From contig OX597824.1 of assembly GCA_951406725.2 (NCBI GenBank), positions 92,132,001 to 92,196,000 on the forward strand: DNA of 64,000 nt, in the 5' to 3' direction. Positions 1 to 12,236 of the stretch are shown one piece after another. Under the pieces are notes generated by a model. That model saw nothing but the letters and a program-made list of their open reading frames with translations, did no database searches and had not been told where the DNA came from. This DNA comes from Octopus vulgaris. Its lineage: Eukaryota. Within the stretch, counting starts at the first letter, position 1. Each line of letters opens with the position of its first letter. Position numbers and translations under genes: made by a program.

Positions 1-166
1 GTTTTTATTTCCAGCGAAATTTGTTCACTGTACTACTTTGGGAGAAAATGCAAGAATGATATTTTATGTTTAAAAATATTTCACTAGTTATATTTTTGCA
101 AATAGAAAATAACTATATTCAAGGTTTAAGAGATAGGGGGATAAAAAATTGGTATGATACATAGAA

Positions 167-187
167 ATACAAACATACATATATGTG

Positions 188-252
<65 letters not shown>

Positions 253-268
253 ATATATATATATATGC

Positions 269-310
<42 letters not shown>

Positions 311-350
311 GTATATATATATACATATGTATATATACATACATATATCA
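167..350. repeat. (TA)n compound microsatellite, representative of dozens in the window
   Basis: Direct reading. Confidence 0.95.
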
Positions 351-612
351 TATAGAAAATTTATTTTGTAAAAAGTATTCACATTTTTGTAAATTATATA
401 CTATCGAGAGGAAATAATAAACATGCGCACAATGAACTTCCGCTGCCGCCCCAGAGTACATACACATCTCCGTTAACATAGATGCGCACACATGACAATT
501 TAGAGATACACAACCACAAGTAAATGTATATCTATAACTATCTATTTATATATGCATGTATATATACATACATAGTATAATATGACATTATATATATTTA
601 TGTATATATATA

Positions 613-687
<75 letters not shown>

Positions 688-690
<3 letters not shown>

Positions 691-770
691 GTTAATCCAA
701 ACAAGAAAACAAAAAGACAAAAACGCAAGGATGTGGAACAAATAAAGTATTATTGGACGCTCAGGAAAGA
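688..770 (-). mobile_element. Fragment related to the 19.7-kb minimal-HHR element (no ribozyme part)
   Basis: caaggatgtggaaca..aaagta..gacgctcag matches 19775-19813; lies between (TA)n tracts. Confidence 0.5.
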
Positions 771-836
771 ATTATATATATATATATATGTATATGTATA
801 AATATATAGAATTATATATATGTATGTATGTATATG

Positions 837-882
<46 letters not shown>

Positions 883-1054
883 GACACATATATATATATA
901 TCTATATATATAGGCCTTGTGCTTAAAACAGAAATGAGATATCTTGAGCCGATTTTCAATCCCGTAATGACCTGTTACGTAATACTATCAACCATGACAT
1001 TTTGTCGAAAGTTCTACATAAAATATTAAAAAGAAACATTGTTTTCGAATTTTA

Positions 1055-1230
1055 GTACAAGGCAAGCAATTTCGAATGGTGGTACTAACCCCAGTACCCT
1101 TCCGGGACATAATTTATCCTCTCCGAAAGGATTGAAAGCAAAGTCAACTTCGGCGGGATTTATACTCAGAATGTGAATAAGGATGAACACCACTACATCA
1201 TTTCACTCGGCTTGCTTACAATTCTGCCGC
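1055..1230 (-). mobile_element. SINE family B, degenerate
   Basis: ccgaaaggattgaaagcaaagtcaacttcggcgggatttatactcagaa. Confidence 0.65.
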
Positions 1231-1241
1231 ATTTAAAATTG

Positions 1242-1303
<62 letters not shown>

Positions 1304-1360
1304 GAAATTTACAGAAAAACTAAAAGGAAGAGAAGTATATAGTATAGTATACAGTATATA

Positions 1361-1531
1361 GGCGCAGGAGTGGCTGTGTGGTAAGTAGCTTGCTAACCAA
1401 CCACATGGTTGCGGGTTCAGTCCCACTGCGTGGCATCTTGGGCAAGTGTCTTCTGCTATAGCCCCGGGCCGACCAATGCCTTGTGAGTGGATTTGGTAGA
1501 CGGAAACTGAAAGAAGCCTGTCGTATATATG

Positions 1532-1562
<31 letters not shown>

Positions 1563-1772
1563 CTGTGTTTGTCCCCCCCCCAACATCGCTTGACAACCGA
1601 TGCTGGTGTGTTTACGTCCCCGTCACTTAGCGGTTCGGCAAAAAAGACCGATAGAATAAGTACTGGGCTTACAAAAACAATAAGTCCCGGGGTCGAGTTG
1701 CTCGATTAAAGGCGGTGCTCCAGCATGGCCGCAGTCAAATGACTGAAACAAGTAAAAGAGTAAAAGAGAGAG
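1361..1772 (+). mobile_element. SINE family A (tRNA head, CORE-like CTTGGGCAAGT, internal (TA)n(TG)n, (GTAAAAGA)n tail), full length
   Basis: A box TGGCTGTGTGG, B-box-like GGTTCAGTCCC; more than 10 similar copies in the window. Resembles the described octopus tRNA-derived SINEs (OK/OR group; exact family not verified). Confidence 0.9.
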
Positions 1773-1794
1773 AGTATATAATCTAGAGAAGGTG

Positions 1795-1877
1795 ATAAAG
1801 TCTTTTACCTTTCGAGTCTACTCTCTTGAACAGAAAGGAACACAGAAATAACAGAGAGAGAAACTAAGAAGGGTTTA

Positions 1878-1885
<8 letters not shown>
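1795..1885 (-). mobile_element. Degenerate copy of the minimal-HHR element
   Basis: gtcttttacctttcgagtctactctcttgaacagaaaggaacacagaaa aligns with 36444-36493. Confidence 0.55.
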
Positions 1886-1920
<35 letters not shown>

Positions 1921-2187
1921 CATGCAAAGCGCATTTTCACTAGCGATGTCAACGCTGTTTAAGAACATCCGATTTATAGCCTCGTGGATCACATGATCAC
2001 GATATATATATACATATATATATATGTGGAGAGAGAGAGAGAGAGAGAGAGAGATTTTGAAGTGATTTACAGATATTGTATATTGAAAATAATAAGATAC
2101 TTTATTATTCTCAATAAATACATACATACATATACTCATATATATGTATATATAAATATATGGAATTTATATAGATTACTAATATAT

Positions 2188-2243
<56 letters not shown>

Positions 2244-3608
2244 ATATATGTATATATATATATATACATCTGTATGTATATAGTATGTTTATATATATGT
2301 ATGTATGTATATATATATATATATGTGTGTGTGTATGTATATGCGTGTGAGTGTAAGTGTGTGGGTGGGTCCATACATAAATATGTTTAGAAAATGAACA
2401 ACTATAGACTATCAGCTTAAATATACAACAATTTGTGCTTAATACCTTAATACATTAACAAAAGAATTATGTCTCCTATTGGCTCAAGGCTAAGTATATC
2501 GAGGATTATTTGGCTGACCACAGAATGATAAATGGCAACTAAATATTGCAATATATTGACAGTTATCAAAGAAATAAATGTTAATCCGGAAACCCCATCT
2601 TGGCTTGATTTTAATTCGGAAAATCTTGCTGGCTTGTAAATTCATTCTCGTATGATACTTAAACATCTGCACTTTACATTTTAACAAATTTACAGTTAAT
2701 TTATTAGTAGTTTGTCATTAGATATTCAGATACACTGCAGCTCCACTCGTATATGCTAGTATGTGACGGACGTGTTGACGATCTGTGGTATGTCACATTG
2801 TTTTCGCTGTGTCCACGGTGAACATGGATTATATTCTTTGACGCATCTAATACAGTTGTATTTTTTACATCATAATACAGAATTCTTAACGTAACATCAT
2901 CAATTTGGCGTGTTTTTAGTGGCTTGTTACTCTAAATTCAACCTCATCGGTATTTATCATCTTTTTAGGAAATCATTCTCCGTTTCAATCAGTGCTACTC
3001 TACAATCTAATAAATACGTGCTCAGCACTAGCTAATCCGCTTTCACGAAGTCACTAAATCTAATATCGCATCTGAATAGGAAGTCAGAATAAATTGTGCA
3101 ATATATATCTCTCTCTCACAAAGCTGGATCAACGCGATATACGCTGCAGCCTTCAACGTTTACATGTAGCTGACCAGTGGAATGGTTTTGTCTTTTCATA
3201 TCACTTTCAATTAAAATTTATCATTTTGGAGATGAAAAAGCTATAAGCTAGAATGTATGTTCGCCTACCTTTACCCGTTTATTGCTATTTGTAAAAAATG
3301 AAGTCCACAAGAAAATCATAAACGGGAGTGTTGTCGAAGACTGTGGGTGTTTCTGGTGTTTTGCAGGCCTCTATGCCATATTGCAGAAGTGATTTGATTC
3401 AAGCTTTAAAGTTAAGCTTGTTGATGATCTGAAAAGCAATTGCTGGGATAGATACTGTCCAAAGAAGCTTGACTCTCATTTGCGGCAAACACTTTTTTAT
3501 CTTGGATTCCTGATATGGCAGGTTATAAAAATGCGTTGAGATAACATGTACACACACACACACGCACACACGCTCACTCTCTCTCACACACACACGCACA
3601 CACGCTCA

Positions 3609-3642
<34 letters not shown>

Positions 3643-3674
3643 TATGCATTTACGCTTCTCAGGTGCAAATCTTC

Positions 3675-3980
3675 CATTTAAATGGAATGGATTTCTTCCT
3701 ACTTTGTGTTGAATTTCCTAGAGTATTACACGATTGTCTTCCATGACTATGCACCCAACCTTCTCGATCGGCTGCTCGTTTCGCCTCCGCGAGAGTGCCT
3801 CGCTGTCCACTGAGGTTCAGCAATGTTTGATGAGGTTTAGCTTAGCCTTATGCATCATCGCCAAATGCCTGCTTAATCTTGTGCAGTTTGAGCCTGGGTA
3901 TCACCAGGCATTTGGTAAACTCTCTGCTCGACACGTTCAGTGAAAATCATACATCAGAGGAGGGCGCGTTCAATATCTAT
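3675..3980 (-). mobile_element. mariner transposase N-terminal (HTH) remnant
   Basis: Broken frames give TERVEQR..GDTQAQT..IKQAFGDDA..TSVDSE..IEKV..IVMEDNR, resembling mariner N-termini. Confidence 0.65.
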
Positions 3981-4074
3981 TTCCTAGAGTAACAGCCGGG
4001 AACTGGCGCAACCTACCGGCGTGAAGACTTTTGTACAAGGTTTTTATTGTATCGTTTTTATTGTATCGTTCTAT

Positions 4075-4195
4075 TTTAACGAACCGCTAAATTATGGTGA
4101 CGCATACACCAGCAACGTTTGTCAAGCGATGATGGTGGTAGAACAAACGTAGAAACACAGACACACAGACATAGACACAAACATACACACACACA
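4075..4195 (-). mobile_element. SINE family A, internal fragment
   Basis: gaaccgctaa..gacgcatacaccagca..tgtcaagcgatg..acaaac matches the family A body. Confidence 0.6.
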
Positions 4196-4217
4196 CATAT
4201 GTATGTATGTATGTATG

Positions 4218-4256
<39 letters not shown>

Positions 4257-4368
4257 GTACATACATACATATTTATATATATATGCTTTTTACCTCCACT
4301 CTTCTATATATGTGTGCGCATGCGTGCATATACGCACATGCACACATGTATGTATGTATGTATGTATG

Positions 4369-4442
<74 letters not shown>

Positions 4443-5075
4443 TATATACACACAGCGATGATGTTTTGAGTTACAATGCAAAGTAGTACCACGCAGCAAT
4501 TTTGGAAAATGAAACGAAATTATTTTCGTTATGTTACCAAGAAAACGCCATTATTATTTCTATTAATTGAAATCAAGTTTTGTAAAGTAAATTGTGCTTT
4601 AATTATGAAAACATGTTTTAAGTGATAGGAAAAAAATGGAATAGTGGTTTTCATTAAGTATTATGACAATTTTTCTGAAATTAGCGATGGTTTACTATTC
4701 ATTAAATTCCTGTATTTTATGATATGTTAGTAGTGTACTTGAAAGACAATGAACCGCATCATTATATTTAAAATGAAGCTGACATGTAGCACCTGAGTAA
4801 AGACACATGATTGAGTTAGCAGATATCTAAATTAAAATCATTAAAATATATCCTGTTGTCATTTGCTTCTTTACAGACGAGAAAAGAAAACTAATAAAAT
4901 TTTTGTTTTACTTTTAATACTCTCATGATGCTTTTTAAACATAATACCTGTTACAATTTACGAGTGTTTTATTAAGCATACTGCAGTAAATATTTCTGCC
5001 AGATATGTACTTTTAACTACAAAGAAATATGACAATTTATATTATTATTCGTGTGTATAGTTTTTGAACAAAGAT

Positions 5076-5232
5076 ATAGATGTTGAATGTTCTCTCCTTT
5101 GATTTATGACTTTCGCTGAACGCATCGAACAGAGATTTTACCAAATGCCTGGTGATACCCAAGCTCAAACCATGCAAAAGATTAAGCAGGCATTTGGCGA
5201 TGATGCATAAAGCTAAGCTAAGATAAAGGAAT
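5076..5232 (+). mobile_element. Inverted duplicate of the mariner N-terminal remnant
   Basis: Matches the reverse complement of 3837-3980 (ccaaatgcctggtgatacccaagctcaaac..aagattaagcaggcatttggcgatgatgcataa). Confidence 0.75.
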
Positions 5233-5593
5233 TATTATGAAATATTTCTAGAAAATTATTTCAAATCTCATTGGCTAATGCCTCAGCTTTCGAGAATATT
5301 TAAGCAGCTCTGGAAAAGTTTATAAGAAAGAGCATACCTTAAATACTATAAATAAATATTTTATGTAAAATAGGTTTTAACTAATGAAACTAAACTTGGT
5401 AAAATATCAGTGTCATATTACAATACGTTACTTGTCAGTAAATATATGTAAACCTATGAAAGTAATTTTATGTAGCACCAGAAGGAAATGAAATAGTATG
5501 GCATATATAAACACTAGAGAGAAAAATAGTAAGTTGTTAATCCAATTTGGATACAAAAATGTTCTGCATTATACTAAATGATACCCACAGTAC

Positions 5594-5727
5594 TTCCAGT
5601 TTCCGTCAACCAAATCCACTCCGAGGCTATAATAGAAGACACTTGTCGAATGTACCCGGCAGTGGGACTGAACTGGTAACCATGTGTTTGGGAAGCAGGC
5701 TTCTTACCACACAGCCACGCCTGCGCC
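5594..5727 (-). mobile_element. SINE family A, 5' part
   Basis: Ends cttaccacacagccacgcctgcgcc. Confidence 0.8.
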
Positions 5728-6981
5728 AGTATATGATTGCAATATGTAACGCTCGACCAGTTGTCTACTTTTTTAAAATTTCTAAGTTGACCTTTTCTCT
5801 GATACCGTAATCCTATTTCTTTATATTTAAGATCTTCCCCTTCGTTTTTCTACTTATTCTCCTCATAGAGCATCTCTTACTTTCATTTTCTCTTCAGAAA
5901 TATAATCAATTCGGTCTATTAGGCCAATTATACTACGTTTAATATAATAATATAAACTTAGTGCCGCATTTCTACAGCATCTGCTAGTTTCACCGATCAG
6001 TATTTTCTCCACCAGATTGCCTAACAACTGTGAATAAATAATGGCAGTTTAGCAAAAATTTATTGCAGAACTTATTTCATTGTAGAATTTAGTGTTGCGA
6101 ATATAAATATAAAACTATACAGGTAAACATTAATCATTGCAACACATATAAAACTTTCTCTTAAAATTATTAATAAAAGGAATAATTTTCGTTTCAGCCT
6201 GTATTTAACGATACCTATTCCCTTATGAAAGTGACATTTGCGTACTTAATACCCTACTCATATATAACAACCATTCTCATTCCTATCATATATCATCCTG
6301 ATATAATATCAAAACGAATAAATTAAATTGATTTTTCTTCCCCGTGTGTAAATATATTCAGTGAGATAGCGATATATATATATGTTATATTTAATTTTCT
6401 AAAATCATAATTCTCTTAGACCTAGATTTTCTTCCTTATCAGGAATTACATGTCACATCTATTTTAGATGTAGAACGCTGCTTAATTGTCTTTGAAATCC
6501 GCCATTAAAATGTCATAATTTAGAGATATCTAATCAATAACCTATCAATAGAAATAAAGCACTTAAAATCCATTCTTTTGTTGGTTGTTAATTTTCCGAT
6601 TAAACCGAAACAAAATCTCCATTCTCTAACTACTTTATCCATCTTGGATTGTCGAGGCGAGTAGAGTCAGGCACCTCCTCTATAGATTCCTGTCAGAAGC
6701 AATCACCGTTATACTTTCTTTCGGGTTTGAAAACATGATCCGGTAAGACTACAGATATTAACCAATCATTTCATTTTTGGTCTAAAATCTACACTAGGTC
6801 CGCTGCCAATTGCTTCGGCCTGAAAGATCCATCTTGTGATTCTTTCCAGCTTCATTCTAATCTCATGTCAATATTATGGAAGCTGTGATCTTTCAATGCA
6901 GAGACTAGCATTTAGACATGGTCACACTCCCTGATCTCCCAGCTTTGTCCCCTGTCATGTAAAGATATTTCAGATACCATA

Positions 6982-7330
6982 GCCGTAGGAGTGGCTGTGT
7001 GGTAAGTAGTTTGCTTACAAACTATATGATTCCGGGTTCAGTCCCACTGCGTGGCACCTTGGGTGAGTGTCTTCTACTATAGCCTCGGGCCGACCAAAGC
7101 CTTGTGAGTGGATTTCGTAGACGGAAGCTATGTGTGTCTGTATATGTTTGTGTGTCTGTGTTTGTCCCCGCAACATCGCTTGACAACCGATTCTGATGTG
7201 TTTACGTCCCGTAACTTAGTGGTTCGGCAAAAGAGACCGATAGAATAAGTACAAGGCGTACAAAGAATAATTCGTGGGGTCGATTTTCTCGACTAAAGAC
7301 AGTGCTTCAGCATGGACACAGTCAAATGAC
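6982..7330 (+). mobile_element. SINE family A, near full length
   Basis: Colinear with 1361-1745. Confidence 0.9.
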
Positions 7331-7333
7331 AGT

Positions 7334-7520
7334 CAAAGGACAGGCAAACGGATTAATTCGATTACATCGACATCAGTGCGTAACTGGTACTTATTTAATC
7401 GACCCCGAAATGGATGAAAGGCAAAGTCGACCTCGGCGGAATTTGAACTCAGAACGTAACGGCTGACGAAATACGGCTACGCATTTCGCCCGGCGTGCTA
7501 ACGTTTCTGCCAGATCGCCG
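7334..7520 (-). mobile_element. SINE family B (tRNA-like head plus Nin/Deu-like domain)
   Basis: Minus strand ..gagttcaaattccgccgaggtcgactttgcctttcatcc..ggggtcgattaaataagtaccag; GCCTTTCATCC..GGTCGATAAA..AGTACC is the conserved Nin/Deu SINE motif. Confidence 0.85.
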
Positions 7521-8297
7521 TAAAAAATTTTCTATTCAACATATCTTAGACCTACGGCATGTATTTTCATTCTCATGTGACGACTCATCACTATATATTT
7601 TAACCTACACTAAAAAGAATCTTTAAGTACCTATCACCATTTTAGCAACAATCCTGCTATACTCATATATCACTTCACCTTTAGCTGAGATAGAGTGTTA
7701 TGAGTGACAGGTTCTTCATACACTGTTATAAGAATCTGACAAATCATCAAGATTCCTGCAAAGAAATTAAATTTGAAAAGCGAAAAATCTAGAAAGAAAA
7801 TCTAAGTTGGATAATGAAATGAAATATATAATATAAACTAAATCAAAATTACAATCCAATGAATCAAATATACTTGTAATATGATAAATATGGAAGCGGA
7901 TATCAAAGTTGAAAAAAACAAACAAAAACTGAATGATGAAATGAAGTCCGAAATTAATGAATCAACGCGGACATATGAAATAAATTAATAAAATTAAAGA
8001 ATTATTACTTTTAAATTAAGAGCAGAATGTAAAATTGGAAATAATATAAATCGTAAAGAAATATTTATGATGAGTTCAAATTCCAGAAAGAAAAAGAAAA
8101 CGAAAAGCTTTATAGATATCAAGAAATAATTCTCCTCATATGATGAAAAAACAGTCACTTTATTAATATAAATGTCCATGAAATTTTATTTAAGTGTAAT
8201 TTTACAAAATTCATATAATTTTTAATTATAAATTTTTATATAATCTTATAGGATTACTACTTAACTATTTGACGAGTGATGAGAAGAATTAACATGA

Positions 8298-8389
<92 letters not shown>

Positions 8390-8390
8390 T
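8298..8390. repeat. (AAT)n microsatellite
   Basis: Direct reading. Confidence 0.95.
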
Positions 8391-8399
8391 AGCAATACC

Positions 8400-8958
8400 A
8401 AATGCCCTGATGCAGTACCAGGCAGTGGCTCTCATGGCTTCTGATCTTAACTGATTGGAAGTGTTATCATGTACATTGTTTTGTCTTGGTATAAAAGATG
8501 GGCTACAGCAAATATTCTGCTCAATACCACAGATTTGCTTGTCAGTTGTTTGACCTTAACCAGTTGAACATGTCCCTTAGTGGATAACGATATGTGCATC
8601 TCTGATCACGAGCAGAGGTAGTGGGGGAGCATCATAGCCATGTGTTGAGAGGGATTCTTTGGGGTTTGAATAATTCACCTCTGGAAACATGGGTGGTTCT
8701 TTCAACATCCTTAAACAACCCTTATTCAGGGACCTTTTGAGCGCGATGGGCTACTCAACCTGAAGAAAATTTCTAACTGGGCCTCACCTGCAAGGTCATG
8801 TGCTGTTTATCTTGATATGAGATCACCATGTCGCGCACATATGGTTGTGATGCATGTGCCTGGTATACCCTTATCAGACGGGTAGTCATGATGGGTATAT
8901 TAGGCTTCGTATATTTTACCCCAGTGTCACTTTGATGGCATGAACTGCTCTCTCACTC
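8400..8958. mobile_element. ~560-bp non-coding island between two (AAT)n arrays; probable non-autonomous retroelement
   Basis: Compositionally distinct, GC-richer segment with sharp ends, (AAT)n on both sides, no ORF; single copy in this window. Confidence 0.5.
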
Positions 8959-8992
8959 AATAATAATGATAATAATAATAATAATAATAATA

Positions 8993-9027
<35 letters not shown>

Positions 9028-9075
9028 TATAATAATAATAATAGTAATAATAATAACAACAACAACAACAACAAC

Positions 9076-9119
<44 letters not shown>

Positions 9120-9136
9120 TAATAATAATAATAATA
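8959..9136. repeat. (AAT)n/(AAC)n microsatellite
   Basis: Direct reading. Confidence 0.95.
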
Positions 9137-9432
9137 GTCGATATATATGACAGGTTAGCTTGGGAGGTTAAGCAGTTGTGGTCGATGAAAATGGTGGTAG
9201 TTGTACCAATAATTGTGGGGACCCTAGGAACAGTGAGTAAAAATCTTGAGGCGTACATGAAACATCTAGGGGCTGCAATAAGGGTAGAGCACTTGCAGAA
9301 AACAGCACTACTTGAAACCGTTCGAATACTCTGCATGATGCTCGAAAAATATGGGTGTGTTACGTCAGTTCACTGGTAGGGAACAGCTGGCACCGTAGTA
9401 CATCTCCAGAGTTAGAAGATGCGCAAATACTA
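9137..9432 (+). mobile_element. 5'-truncated R4/Dong-type non-LTR retrotransposon (restriction-like endonuclease C-terminus plus 3' UTR)
   Basis: YDRLAWEVKQLWSMKMVVVVPIIVGTLGTVSKNLEAYMKHLGAAIRVEHLQKTALLETVRIL fits the RLE tail KYxxLxxEIxxLW...VPIVIGALG...LQKxALLGTARILR; begins directly after (AAT)n. Confidence 0.8.
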
Positions 9433-9837
9433 ATGAATAAATAAATAAATGAATACATAAATAAATAATAATCAGGGATTTGGTTTGAGACTTTTGTTGT
9501 ATTATTTCTTGTATTGTGTGTTGTTTGTGCAGTACAGGTTGTGTTCTTCCGTCGGATATCGGCCTTCTAAGTTATATGTTGTGGGCTTTGTTCATTTTGC
9601 TGGGTGTTTGAGGTATGTGTTTATTCCTGTATGTTTTTGGAGGAATGTTGCATAGCAGCTTGTATAAATCAGAATCTACTATTTCATAGTATTTATGGCT
9701 ATCTGTCCACCGTTCTTTCTCTTTTGGTTGTTTTTATTATGGGTCCTGTGTCCTGGGTCCTATTTTACAGTGTTTACTTTTTAAACTGAAAACTGGCCAT
9801 GGACAAGTGTCGATGTTCCTTTCGTATTTATAATTAG

Positions 9838-10147
9838 AGAGAATTAGAAATAATGATATTTCAATTTTTGAAAACCAGTGGATGTATTCCACTGAATTTA
9901 GCTCAGCACCGAAACGTGCTGGGTTCGGCTACTCCACAATGATAAGAGGCAACCACCTCGAAACTAGTCAGTAGTTGCCAGACCAGCAACGGTAAACTGC
10001 TGACCTCCCCTGTTCGAAGGTTATAATGGACACAGTTTTGTGTGTCCAATAGCTAGCTAGAGGCGATGGTCTCTTGTAGCTAATCAACGGCAGCATTCGT
10101 CCTATTTTTCTAGACTGCCATGTTAGCTTGGCAATAACTATTAATAG
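9838..10147 (+). mobile_element. Retrozyme-like ~310-nt repeat unit, copy 1, with degenerate hammerhead (9934-9974)
   Basis: ATGATAA(9939-45)-GAGG caacca CCTC-GAAA-CTAG-TC(9969); colinear with 12361-12640; downstream hairpin GGACACA/TGTGTCC (10028-47). Confidence 0.75.
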
Positions 10148-10863
10148 TAGTTATAATTATTATTGATGTATCAGTAAAAGACTTGGAACAAGCAGTAATG
10201 TACATATATAGAGGTCTTATATAAATATGGATAGATGTATAAGTAATTAAAATTTTAAATTCAAAATTTTACTCACGGGCTTGCAGTTCTCGTAACGAGA
10301 CACTGCTCTCCATGTGTTTACGTTTACACGTACGTGCCGCGAGGGCGGGGCAACTGGCAGAAGCTATTACTTGTTTAAATATTCTTCAAGAAAATTCTTT
10401 TAGTTTTCCCTAGGTGGTTCACATCAAGACACAGTTTCCTTTCATTTTTTTCATTGCTTTTTGTGAATTCTTGTTGTCGTTGTTATTATTTTTCATCATT
10501 CGGTAGTTTCAGGCAAATTTCTACAACATCACCTGTTACACTTCCGTGTAGTTGGGGGTGAGCGCAGCATTGTGTGTTCTTTTTTGTTGATTGTGAAGCG
10601 CAACTTCTCCTCGGTATCGTATTGCGTCACTTTCTTTTTTTATGGAGTGTTGTACTTGTATTTGCATTTTTGCGTTGTGTGTGTAATGCGTTGGTTACCC
10701 AAGCATTTGCAATATGGAGTGTGTTATGTGTTATTAGATTGTTTTGTTTAGGTTGCATGTGGGTTGTTCTTGTTGTTTTTGTTATTATTATTATTATTAT
10801 TATCATCATCATCATCACTATTATTACTATTATCATTATTATTATTATTATTGTTGTTATTAC

Positions 10864-10953
<90 letters not shown>

Positions 10954-11974
10954 CATTATTATCCATACTTTCATCCAATACTAAACTGTATGGAACACAT
11001 TTAGACAATGGGGTCTGCAATGTACCCACGATACAACAGATAACTAAGTCTTAAACACTTCTACCAGTTGTCCGATGCGACAGATTTGTTTCCTTTAATA
11101 AGTTCACTTACTCAGGACAATACTCACTACAAACAATTACATTCTTTTATTAATTCGCCATCTATCAGTGGCTTACCCTTCTGAGACAAGTTTTCCCTAT
11201 AACACAACTAAACATTTGTACATGTACCAGTTTTTTTTTTAATTGTTTTTTGTGAACTAAGCTTCTTCTTCACTTAATCTCTTTTCGTTTTCCTTCTTTC
11301 CCCGTTTAATTCTTTATATTGTGAGCCATGTTTGGCAGCATAGTGACGCTTAATATTATATTCCTGACATACAGCAGTTTCAGCATTACATATGAGGCAG
11401 GTAATATTATTGCATGCTTCAATTACTAAATATTATTCTGTCCATAGGATATTGAATTTTCTCTTTTCTTTCTGTTGTTTTTCTCTTCTTAGTATCGGAT
11501 GCCATGACCAAATAATTGCGCTATTAAAATTAACAATTGAAATTATTACGTAATCACGCCGATGTAAATATTCCAGAAACCAGAAACAAATACAGAATAA
11601 TTAGTCTCTTCCTCACAAAGCGTTAACATCAGACTAAGCCTAGACGAGAAACACCGAAGTCACTATCACTTCACATTGTAAACAAAGTTTGGGAAATAAC
11701 TCAATCAATATTGATCCGACCGCAAAAGATTTGAAGCTGAAACAATGGCTGTTAATTATGTATCAACACAATGGCTGAATCTACGAAGCAGAGTCAGCCA
11801 ATCTACGTCATAAACCCCAAGCCCCCCCTCATTTTACCTCCCTCTATTGAGGTTTTGGTCCGTCCAAAATAACACTGAGTTCAAAATAACTGTGAGTATA
11901 ATTTTCTCATCGTACATGATCAAAGAAAATGAAAATATAACTAGAAAATAACACGTATAATTAGAATTTGAATC

Positions 11975-12038
11975 GCCAGCGGGCCGCATGCAAATATTAA
12001 TTTGAACCCAAATACGGCCAGCGGCTTGGACATCATTG
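11975..12038 (+). mobile_element. Possible hAT (Charlie/Buster-like) right terminus
   Basis: gcgggccgcat...cggccagcggcttggacatcattg resembles the GCGGGCCG subterminal repeats and terminal TTGGACAnnnCTG of hAT ends; no partner end found. Confidence 0.35.
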
Positions 12039-12126
12039 TTCAAGTGAATGTTTCAGAAGAAAATAGGATTCTTTTAAAATATGATATTCCATAGACAGTA
12101 TTTCACGTGGGATATGGCCAGTTCCC

Positions 12127-12233
12127 AATTCAGTTGAATACATCTACAGGTTTTCAGAAATAGAAATATTATTATTTGTAAGACTCTCTAAAGGAGACTA
12201 CGGCAGCAGTTCTGCATATTAATAGTTATCGCT
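12127..12233 (-). repeat. Inverted partial copy of the 314-nt repeat unit
   Basis: Reverse complement matches 12315-12412 (gtaactattaatat..gctgccgtagtctc..ttagaaatat..tttctatt) and 9855-9898 (gaaaaccagtggatgtattccactgaatt). Confidence 0.8.
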
Positions 12234-12236
12234 AAG

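Noticed and set aside
9902-9923. Hairpin CTCAGCAC-cgaaac-GTGCTGGG containing GAAAC upstream of the copy 1 ribozyme
   Set aside because: No correctly placed CUGANGA and absent from copy 2; not a second hammerhead.
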